A DNA stretch of 64,000 bases from Balanoglossus misakiensis (lineage: Eukaryota; Animalia; Hemichordata). Numbering within the stretch: the stretch's first letter is position 1; the number at the start of each line of letters is the position of its first letter. Of this stretch, positions 26,201-36,995 are shown in pieces. The DNA is taken from positions 17,739,912 to 17,803,911 of the forward strand of contig CM082578.2 of assembly GCA_040954595.2 (NCBI GenBank), given 5' to 3'. A program made the position numbers and the translations under genes. The notes beneath the pieces were generated by a model. That model had not been told where the DNA came from and searched no databases. It saw only the letters and a program-made list of their open reading frames with translations.

Positions 26201-29200
26201 CTGAAAGAATCTCTAGCTGCTAAAGAACAGCATGCAAATATTTTACAAGCTGATGTAAGTGTTCTAAGAATGGTACTAGATTGTACACCAGACGACCACT
26301 TTGTTTCCATGCCTTGAGTTATATCCATGGTGTACTTTCAGTAGATGATATTTAGATTTATAAGGTAGAAAATTATTTGTATCACATAAACATTTATGAT
26401 ACAACGATATTGTTTACTACAGGTGGAGGCATTGAGAGGCAGAATAGAGGAAAAAGATCTTGTTATAGAGAAAAAGAACAAACAAATTAGTGGCTACACC
26501 CAGGATAAGAGTAGATTCAACAATGATGTCACAGAACTCCGAGAGATGTTGGACATCAAAGACAGAAAGATTAACGTCCTTCAAAGAAAGGTGAGTGTTA
26601 AACGCTGCTCAGGTTGTGATCAGGCTTTGATTGTTTTGTTATTGAAAGTGAAATTGCCAACACACACATCAACAGCCATGAAGATCAGTTAAGTTTTACT
26701 GTCACAAAGTTGCAATCAAAGGAAATAGAAGTTTCAGATTTACAACAGTTGTAAATGCAAATATACAAGATATGGCTTGGCTTGAGCTGTGATCAGAATT
26801 TCCAGTTGCCTAACCCAGTTGGATATTTTGGTTTACATGTTGTGTATCAGCTTTCTCAGTAGTGCGTTAGTTTGCAAAAAACAAAATAGAAAAAGTAAAA
26901 ATTTGTTTGCTTACATCTACATGTACATGTAGTACACCTGGCTGATTCAGTTATAGTCTCATGATTGGATGAATCCCCCCATTAACACCTGTATCAGTGC
27001 ATCTGCTGTCTTTTCCGTGGCCATTATTTTTTACAGCACAACATATTAGCACCCGTCCCGCACCATTTTGCACATTTCATTACAGCTCCCCATCATCCAC
27101 CGCTGCCCCCCTCGCCAAACGTCCTTGCCCACCCCCTGCCCCCCCCCCCCAAAAGCGTAGAAATCTCCAGATGTGGTCTCTGACTTGTCGCTCTTTCTCT
27201 CATTTGCGTTTGGAGCTAACTGACATGAAAAATATGGTGGATATCAAGGATAGGAAAATTAATATCTTCCAAATCAAGGTGACTTACGTTGTTTACCCCC
27301 TGATGTTGTTTATGTGGACCTTCCACTATCCATTACAACCCACACTCATTCATGTTCACCATTGGTTGCCATGGCAATGTTTGCATTTCAGTTCATCCCT
27401 CCCCACCAAAGCATCCTTTCCTTGTTTGATAAATAAATAAATAAATAAATAGAAGTTCCCACCTTGTGCTCAATATGTCTTGTTTTCTGGTTTGTTTATG
27501 GTTGGTTTTGATTACATTCTGTGTTTTCTGCATGGTCAATACTTTATATATAATTTATAAATATTGATATTATACCTGATTTTAAGATAATAGATATTTA
27601 TCTAGATGTGTGGTTTTATTCTGAGTGTAAATGTTTAGAAGTGTTTCAAATATTTTTTCATGTAAGTAGTAGCAACCTTTTTCACTGGAGTGTACAGACT
27701 CTTGGTACGTGAGCTGTGCCAAGGGACAGTAGCTGTTACCAGCTATAGGCCAACTCTGGAATGAATTGTTCAAGCTGAATGCTGCAGTGTTCCACACACA
27801 GCAGATGCTGAAAAAGTTGCATGGTTGTGGTACAAACAAAATTGTGTATAAATGCCAACATAGGAATATGTGTATTTCTAGGTTTGTTTGTTTGTTTACA
27901 CAAATTGCATTGTTTGTACAATGGTCAATTCAAATTCTGAATTTTTTCATGAGTGTAAAGGCACAGTGATTAAGCCAGCACACCACCATGGTTTACATGC
28001 AGTTACATTTTCATTTTGAGAATCACAGCTCATAGGTAATATTCAAGGCATGTTATAGCAGAATTTTCAAAGCTTTACAGACAAACAAACACAAACACAA
28101 ACACATGCACAAATAGGAAAATGTTTACATGTTCGACTCAGCAACGGATAAGAGGAATCTTCTTGGCCCATTAGTGGACTCTGCATTTGACATAAAAATT
28201 ACAATAATTCTGAATTGCATAATGAAGTCACTTCTATTCAGGACTAGTTTCCGTTGTGTTGATTCCAGTACAAGTTAAAACTATACAAAGTGAAGAAAGC
28301 CATGAGCATTGTTGGTTTCTATTTTTGGCCGTTACAGCTGGACAATTTACAAGAACAGCTTGGTGACAAGGATATTCAGATGAGCAACTTGAGAGAGAGA
28401 ATGAACGCCCTGCAGTCAGATCACACCAGTTCTGACAGCACAGTTTCCAGCCTGGAGGAAGCCATCGTAGACAAGGACCGCATCATTGAACGGCTGAAAG
28501 AGCAGCGGGAACGCGAAGATGCGGACAGGCGCGAAGAAAGTGAAGTGTCCACAAAGCAGATTAAGGAATTGAAGGATAAATTACAAATATTGCAGAATGA
28601 ATTGGAGGGAAAAGAAGTAAGAAAACATTCTGTCATATCAAATCACAAAACATTACAAATGAAATCTCAAATCGTCTCAAGTCAGACTTGACAATTAAAA
28701 GTACAAGTAAGAGAAGAATATTTTTAAAACATTTCATTTACAATGCCTTTTTTCTCTTCAAATTTGTAATAACAGACCACTCTGATGGACATGAAGGAAC
28801 ACTCATCATCACTGGCAACGACCGGTATGAAGAAAGACTCCAAAATTAACACAATGGAGTCACTGGTACAGCAAAAGTCAGATGAAATAGCCAAGCTAGA
28901 GGCTGAATTAAAACGAGTAAGTCACAAATAATGATTCTTACAACCAAAGCAAGACAAATCTTTTAATGCATATTATAACAAACATGGTGCCAAACGTATG
29001 GTTGGTACGATATTAAAATACTTTGTGTTTACATTGTTGATCAACATGAGAAATCATCGGTATAATGACGATAATAGAAAACCATGTGTCAAAATAAGTG
29101 GATCACTACGTCTAGTGCAGACTGTTGCAACTGTGTATGTTATCCTCTGTACAGAATCACTTTTTCCCCCTCAAATTTTGCTGATGCTACCCTGACACTG

Positions 29201-32200
29201 TCATTGCTTGCTTTGTCCATTTTCTGCTCGCTTTATTGTCAGAAAAATCGTCAATTCTCATTCTGGGTAAGTTGTCTCCTAGGAACAAATTACAAAAAAA
29301 AAATCTTTCTCTCCTTTGTATACTTCTCATTATGGTGTCTGGCATTGTTGGTAGATGACTGCACCATTTGCCTTGACATTTTCTCAAGGCATTAGGACTG
29401 ATCTCTGTGTCATCATTTTCTTCAGCCTTGCATGCGTCTCATGCTTTCATATTGTGGAATGAAAACTAAGATATTCATCACTTATAAATCGCAAATTTCT
29501 GCTTAATCACAATCACAGTTTTCAGTACTCTCGTAGACATTCAAAATGATTCAGCAACAAATTAAAAGTCTTTATTTCATTTTACTTCACAAGAACTTAT
29601 GAGCTTGAGGGACAGATGAGGCCGACACTTGTTAAATTATTCCATCCGCTTATCAGCCTTGGTCCATGCCCATAAAAATATCAGCATTATTAGAGATATT
29701 TGAGGTGATTAATTCAAATTTACATTCATCCATGAAAGAAAAACAAACATGGAATCATTTAACCAACCATTGAGATTTCCTGATGAATCATTTGCAGTCA
29801 GCCGGTATTTTCATGTCTACAAAATCAATACCGTACGGATACTAAATACACACAGCTAGAAATTCAATGTGTATAGATGTTTATAGAGAAAACTTGTAAG
29901 TTTACTATTTACCTAGGCAGCAGTGTGGTCTTAGATAAATAGATAAATTTAACTTAATTTTTCATTCAGTATTCATTACATAATATCCTTGAGGGTTTGA
30001 TGACTAAAAAGTGTCCTTGAATTCTCACTGACGGGCAATACTGTGCTATTTATATATAAACTGTTTATTGACTATAAAAATCTGCTAATCATGTGAAGTT
30101 TGGAATAACCTATTTCTGTGAATATTAAACCGTAATCATTTCATGAATGTAAAATCATAAACATAAATATTCTGCAGGAATATATTGATGAAGTCGATTC
30201 TGCCAACAGGTAAAATAGAGGCAGTATTGATATGGAAATATTGATGGTCAGTCTTGATGACTATACATATTCCAAGGCAGTTTGAACTGACAGATATATA
30301 GAATCAGAATTTTAAAAACATTTTTGATGGATATTCATGTGGGATATTTATACATCTCAACACACGCTCACACTTGACTAATATTCTCTTCTGAATGCCT
30401 TGTCATCTCTGAAGCCATTGTTATTTTATGTTCAGTGTTGTTACTCACTCACCCACTCGCTCACTCACTCACTCTCTCTTTCTATCTTCTCAAATCAGTA
30501 CAGTTTAATTTATTTTTCTTTCAGTGAATTTGTTGTGTAATTAATTAAACTACATGTGATCATCCTGGAAGTCGAATGCTACTAAAAGAAAGATCAAAAC
30601 AAGATATTGCTATTTTCACTAATACAACGATAGATGTATTCTGATTGCATGAATTAAACTATTTTGTTTTTTTTTCATAATTGCATATTTTGGTCTATGA
30701 TATCTGATAAGATTCAATAAATTTGAGCATAAAATATTATCTTTTTTTCCTTATTTATTTGGTATGCCCTAGCTTGTGATTTATGACTAATGATTTTGAC
30801 AAAATTTCTCTTCTATTTATTACGCCAGAGATGTAGAAAAAAATTATTAATAGCTGGTAAGAGATAAAGGTACTGGCAGTTGCTCTTTACATGTGAGACA
30901 CATCATTGCCTGAAGGGAGAAGCTTTGGGAGAGGATTTCACAATATTTTCTTTAAAGCCAGTCTTTTTTCACTCCCAGTCATTAATTGCTGGCTGCCAGC
31001 AATTTTCTATATCTCTTGCGAATAACACCCACAATAAATAGACTCTCTCACAGCCCCTCTCGCCGTCCATGCAGGCTTATGGTCTGATTACATGTGTGCC
31101 CGTTTGCTACACAACACCATATGGGGCTTCTCCTTTGCTAAACGGTTGAGGGCGTGTCAGTGAAGGGCCTTGTAGCGAACCGTGGGCTGTGAGAGAGTCT
31201 ACCACAATATCAGCTGAGAACAGTTTCTTCCATTTGCTGCATTATTCCAGCATAAGCATCCACTTGTGTATCAAACCGTAAACAGAAAATCCCACTGATA
31301 CAACAGACTGCAAACGATTTCCTTTTCCCGATCGACAGATAAAAGAGGAAAGGGAGCGGGAGAGCGGGAAAGAGTCGGATCTGGCACAGAAGATTGTCGA
31401 TCTGGAAGACCAAGTGGAGCACTTCCGGGAACAGGTGAGCAAGTCACAGCTGGAAGTGGACAGACTCCTGGATATTCTCAAACACATGGAAGAAGAGAAG
31501 AACACCAAAGATCAACAGATTGCAGAGTTGGAAGGGTAAGCTGGTCTCTAGAATATCACCGCTCATTCCGTGGCTTTCAGTGTTCACAGAAATCCCAGAT
31601 CTTTGGAGATAAAAAGGTGTAATGACTATCATCGAGTCTGTATCTCATCCCCTTCCAGATGCACTTTCGCACAGCAACTGCCATCCTTTTGTGGCATGTA
31701 CTTTTCCAAAGTTCACTCGGCAAAAGATTGCTATCACTGATAAAAGTACCATCACCTGTCCTTTCTAGTGGCAATCAGCTCCTGGCATCTTTTGCATTAG
31801 TAGGAGGAGAGAAATCTTTATTTGTATACCACCTTCTGTAACTGACCGAGACATCCAAGTGTAGCTATTAGTCATCTATTATCACTGGTTGAATCATAAC
31901 CGTCTGGCCACTAAGACTGTACTTTACTCACATATTCCACTAATTTGACCTACTTCTATCACTGAAATGCTTACTAGCAAACTTAAAGGAGATTTAGAAG
32001 GGTGAGTGGTTTCTTTGCTCTCTGTCTGACCTCTGAACCTTGACCTATTGAACTATCACTCTTCCTGCCCTAGTCACCATCTTCACCAATGCTTTCCTGT
32101 TTCTCTATACTGTCACTGTATTAAATATGCACAGTTTGTTAGTTGTGTCCATTTGTTTTGGTTCCTTTTCTTTTAGACCTTATAGCAAACCAGAGAAGTA

Positions 32201-35200
32201 GTGTCCCATCATGTATATTGTCAATCTGTTGTTGATTTGTTAACTGTATTAGCCTGTCAGTCATAAATGCTTCATGTAGTACATATTCTTGCATATGCAT
32301 ATATCATTGTGAGTTATATGTTTGTATATAAAGTACAGATGACTTGCATTCTTGTGTATATTACTACCAGATCAGTTTTGCTGAACCTGTCACAGTTGGC
32401 GACTGTTCAAACCCTAGACAAGGAAAACTTAAAAATAACTGAACCATTGTGGTCTAGTTTCAAGAGCAGAAAAACAAGAGTTCTGAAGTGAATTAATATT
32501 TTGTTGTCTCTGTCTCTGACACTCACAGACAACTGAAAGACGTCAACAAGAGACTTGCCACACTGAAAAGAGAACAAGCCACTCAGAAGAAGAAGAACGC
32601 ACAGTTATTGGAAGCTGCCAGAAAACGGGAGGGTGACCTCAGTGACGATTCTCAACAGTTGCATGTAATGAAATGTTTCAATAATCAGACAAACAATGCA
32701 ATAATGTAGTTCTGTTAGAACAGACATGCCTGATATGATGTCTTTGCTATTTAGCTGGCAGGAGGCAGGCTGTCAAGTTTGACCCAATTTCATGATGTTC
32801 TCGTAAAAATGGTTGGTTAATTATTCTAATGAGAATTAAATGTTATAATATCAACTTGTACTTGATGTTGGTGAATGCCATGTTCTTCCAGCTTGACTCT
32901 AGATGGCACTGTCTCTATTTCAGGCCACACTCAACCAGAAAGACGATAGAATAGAAGAATTAGAAGAGGCTTTGAAAGAGAGTGTCAGTATCACAGCTGA
33001 GAGAGAAATGGTGCTAGCACAACAACAAGCAAAACTCTCAGTGGTGGAGAAACAGGTATGATGTAAAGAATGGTGAGGGTGAAGTCTTTAAAAGTTGGAT
33101 GGTTTCCTGTGCCAGCAGTTGGTTATTGGTGACCGCAAATACAGTAGCTGATTTTCTGGATTTTCTTCTGTCATGTACTGGTATACTCAGCCGTTTCTGA
33201 GCTCATAATTTCAGAATGCAGGGAGATGGTGCAACTTGTACATCTGCAGAGGCTAATCAGAATGACTTGTGGGTGTCTTGAGTTATGTTTACTAAGAATG
33301 TGTCCATCTTTTTTACAGTTGGAAGAAACTGTGAAGGAGAGAGACAATCTGAAGAAACATTTGTCGGCGACCAGTGCCAAACTGGCAGACATCACCATGG
33401 CATTGAAGGACAAAGAAGCCAAGATGCAAGCTATGCAAGTGGAAAAGAGAAAACAATTGGCAGAAGTGCTGGAAATGAAGTGAGTCTATGAGAACAACTG
33501 CATGTATATGCAATCCAGTCAGGGTTCAGTTCAGTCAGTGTCATAGTATCTACACATTGACACAGAGATAAACACCAGTACTACGACTCGTGTACTTGCA
33601 CTGAAAATCTGCTAGCTTAACCCTTTCAACAGATAAAAACAACTTTGTGGGCATTTCGAGTTCTACTTTTCCCCAATCTCCTTCCCATACTTTGTAACAT
33701 AGTTTTAGTTCCCCAGCTATCTCTGCTGTCAAGTATTTGAGTTCTCAAATCTTAGTAAGCAGACTATGAAATCATTTTACTGATAAAACTTGTTGGTATT
33801 GGATAAAAGTCAGAAATGGGCTGTCTACTCTTCACATAGCAAGAAAGCTGAAACATTCGTTTGTTGATAGAATCACGTCAGGTTTGATTTAAATGCCCAT
33901 TATAAATGGTGAGGGACCACTTAAATATTTATAGCCTGATCAATCCTCAGTGGGACATGACAGAAGACTAATTTAATAAGCTGAATTTACAGGAGGAGTA
34001 TAAACACAGCAATTTTGTCTGCAATAATGAGTTATTACACAATAAAAATAAGAAATTACTTTTTAAATAACCTGTGGCATTTTTTACAGGCAAGAAGCTT
34101 TGCAGGCAGCTATATGCGAGAAGGATGCCAACATTGCCTTAATAGAGATGAGTTCCAAATCCCTGAAGAATGCCAGAACTGAAGAGGAAGTTCGAAGGCT
34201 TAAGAAGGAGAAGGACGAGTTGGTCAGACAACTCAAACAACAGGTGAGCTGTGCTTTTCTGGTTGCTAGTCAAGTTTTAGAAGAGAAGGGTTGAATATAG
34301 TTACAAAAGATGTGTCTCCTAGTGGAATCACAATGCTTAAATATCTTAACAGCTGTTGAACATGATAAAATTTCATTATGTAAATTTATGGGCATGATGG
34401 ACATCATATGAACCAGCCAAACAATAGTGAGAGACTGACCTTTAGAAATACCTTTTTGTGAAACATTTCAAGCAACCAGTGTTTGCCTCAAAGAAACTAT
34501 CTCTGAGTAAAACACTGAACTGTTAGAACCAAATTGATCACATCCGGATGCCTCATGAAATTAATGTAAGCTTCAAATCTATAAATACATATTACAAGGG
34601 AGCGTACATGGAAATGGTAGATTGATCTGAATTGATCCTAGCTTTCTACTTTTGATCCATATTGATTTTTTTTCTCATTTGTCCTTTTCTTCTTTCAGAC
34701 TGAGAGACGCATGAAACTATTGCAGCAAAGCAGTGCCAACGGAGAACACAATGAGGTACAAAGTCCTTCTCCAGACCAGGTCTCTAGTACTCTTTCCTTC
34801 CATTACTTCATTCCCTTAACTGTTCTACTCACTATACTCACCTCATCTATCCACTGTAGCACCCCCTGTGCTCTTGAATCTCTCTTCTCTCTCTCTATCT
34901 CTCTAAAAAAATAAAACTGTTTACAATAACATGTACAGTAGAATCTGCTCACTTCCCAACTGTGTATCTCTAGATCGCAGTCTAAATCTAGAACATCATG
35001 ATCTTGATGACGTCTCAGTTTCAGAGTTTGATAATCATATTTCAGAGCTGTTGGCAAAGTTGTTTCCTATGAAGTGATATGATCATAATATATTCATAGT
35101 CATAGTTGGTCACTTAAAATGTATGTAATATAGTATTACCATTAGAAGTGAACATACCTGTATTATAGCATATTGTCACGTGTATTGTAATGTGATGGTA

Positions 35201-36995
35201 TTGTAATGTAATGTTCTGTGACATGGTTGCAGTGCACATGTAGAACTTGTACTCGGTTAACACAATGCCTATTAGTGTTAGCTAGGTAAAACTGCTAGGC
35301 TATGGCACCATTTTAAAATGTGTAAATAGTAGAAATCAACTGTCATTTGACATGGATTTAATGCATGTGCTTTTCATTGATATTGCCCTGTTCTCAGTTG
35401 TCACTGCAGGCAATGGGACGGCCATACCCTGGATATAATGATATATATTGTTAATGTAGCTGCTTACCAGATCTAGTGTTTAAATATTTTTTTAAGTAAC
35501 TATTTTTTCGCCATTTCACAAGCTTGCTGAAATATGAATGCTATAGCCACCCCCCACCCCCACACAACAGTCACTGGTTCCTCCCAATGTAGTTGCCTTC
35601 ATTTTCCTACTAATCACTGACTTGTTCATTTGACTAACTTGACATTGTATGATTGTGATGTACATGTATCTTGCATTCTTCTATAATTTCTTCTGGCATT
35701 TTATTCTTTGCAACATGATAGGATGTTAGAGCTCATAAGGTACATCTTCTGTCCTGACCTTTTTTGTTGTTGCATCTTTCATTTCACCTTCTTCATAAAA
35801 ATACTCACATAATGAAGCGATCTTTTTGTCTTTGTGCGAGCTTCTTCTCACAACTAACACATTCTGCTCTTGTGACAGACAGGAATTCCCTCAGCCAACA
35901 GTAATTAATTTTCAAAGTAAAAGATTACATCGCCAAGATTTCATGCAGAATACATTCTCTTGTTCAAGAATATCTTGACACCAGCAATCTCATTCCTCTT
36001 ATTTGTGTTTTATATCCTGATTGTGTTCACTTGAACACAATCAATTAGTTCCTTGATTTTCAATGTGCAAACGATGTGTTTGCATACTTCATCTACTTGT
36101 ACCATTCTTTCTCTTGTATGTAGTGTGATAACATGTCTTTGAATGTGAAATTCTCACTTGGAAACTTACATTTGGGGATGTGAGTTATTCACTGATTAAC
36201 ACTACAGCCACCATTACTAATCTTGGAAGGAGTACAAAGCCTATTTGAATTATTAAGTGTGTCTGTCTGTGTATGTGAAGATGGATGTTTTTAGACATTG
36301 ACTGATTTTATTGCTGTAAATAATGAGATATTATGTTTGTATGTACATGTATTTTATCACCTCCAAATAATGCATTTATCACAGTACACAATCAAACCCG
36401 AATACCAGTAAACCTGAAAAATTTAAGTTGCAGAGATTATTGTATCTTATCTAAAAAAGACTGAGAAACTCGCGTACAAAGAGAATACACAGGTTTCAGT
36501 GTGGAAGGAAAAGAGTACTTGAAGCAGTGCAACCTTATTTTCTTGGAATCATACATTATTTATTACCAGACAGTCTTTATAAGCCTTTGTCTTTTGTACA
36601 ACAACATCAACCCCCGCAAACCACATCATCACACTTTAAAACATGGTCAAAATTAACAATGCATTTGGTACACCATATTTTACTCACAGTGGGATGTAAA
36701 CTTCATGTAATTAGTCTCATGTTTATCCATAGACAGTAGATGGGGTTTATCACACATGTGTTTCTGCTTCCCAGAAAAATGAACAGGATGAATCTGTTTC
36801 TCACGACCTGTCTCTAAGTGTAGGCTATCTACATCCTCATCACATGATATAATACTAGTATTATGATGTTTTGCAGAAACAATGATCAAGAACCAGTACA
36901 TAAATTGTGGTGATCACAGTTGCCATGGTAACTCATCTTTTATTCCATATTTTGTCATCATTACACAGGATGAAGAGGAAGGGATCTGGGCATGA
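11274..36995 (+). CDS. ERC1: ELKS/Rab6-interacting/CAST family active-zone protein (single ERC1/2 ortholog, about 1032 aa, 15 core exons)
   Basis: Exons: 11274-12050, 21390-21797, 23220-23333, 24715-24870, 26087-26254, 26423-26590, 28338-28616, 28776-28916, 31339-31535, 32529-32664, 32924-33055, 33319-33479, 34090-34243, 34699-34779, 36969-36995. All are GT-AG and phase-consistent. Hallmarks: KLQSSMNSIKTFWSPELKKERALRKDE; ELFLLRKTLEEMELRIETQKQTLAARDESIKKLLEMLQSKG; EVDRLLDILKHME; IEELEEALKESVSITAEREMVLAQ; AAICEKDANIALIE; and the C-terminal PSPDQ|DEEEGIWA* (RIM PDZ-binding motif). The gene is co-orthologous to vertebrate ERC1 and ERC2. Confidence 0.96.
21182..21289 (+). CDS. Candidate alternative first coding exon of ERC (MEQVEHTQNPHLTGNWSYSMKAHSCLCSVSVLYCTK)
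   Basis: ATG in gacATGg context after an in-frame TGA; 36 open codons; donor AAG|gtaaac is in phase 0 with exon 21390; promoter-like motifs lie just upstream. Confidence 0.35.
27171..27278 (+). CDS. Alternative ERC exon, a partial duplicate of exon 26423-26590
   Basis: ctccag|ATG TGG...ATC AAG|gtgact; 108 nt, phase 0/0. It encodes ...LELTDMKNMVDIKDRKINIFQIK, versus ...VTELREMLDIKDRKINVLQRK in the preceding exon. Confidence 0.7.
29243..29266 (+). CDS. Candidate 24-nt ERC microexon (KNRQFSFW)
   Basis: Long pyrimidine tract with several TGC motifs; tgtcag|AAAAATCGTCAATTCTCATTCTGG|gtaagt; phase 0/0, matching the flanking exons. Confidence 0.6.
31039..31201. mobile_element. 163-bp MITE with perfect 18-bp terminal inverted repeats in an ERC intron
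   Basis: TAGACTCTCTCACAGCCC (31039-31056) and GGGCTGTGAGAGAGTCTA (31184-31201). The flanks ccacaataaa / ccacaatatc form an imperfect target-site duplication. The interior is GC/CpG-richer than the host intron. Confidence 0.8.
31978..32001 (+). CDS. Candidate 24-nt ERC microexon (G-KLKGDLE-G)
   Basis: Branch-point-like cactaat, then aaaTGCttactag|CAAACTTAAAGGAGATTTAGAAGG|gtgagt; phase 2/2, matching the flanking exons. Confidence 0.7.
35722..35739 (+). CDS. Candidate 18-nt ERC microexon (DVRAHK) before the IWA exon
   Basis: Branch point tgactaac near 35631; T-rich tract with TGC motifs; atgatag|GATGTTAGAGCTCATAAG|gtacat; phase 0/0. Confidence 0.55.

Noticed and set aside
30178-30869. Exon-like segments 30178-30209 (32 nt, EYIDEVDSAN) and 30829-30856 (28 nt) in ERC intron 8
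   Set aside because: Each frameshifts alone, and together they contain an in-frame TAA. They could at most be poison exons, and nothing else supports that.
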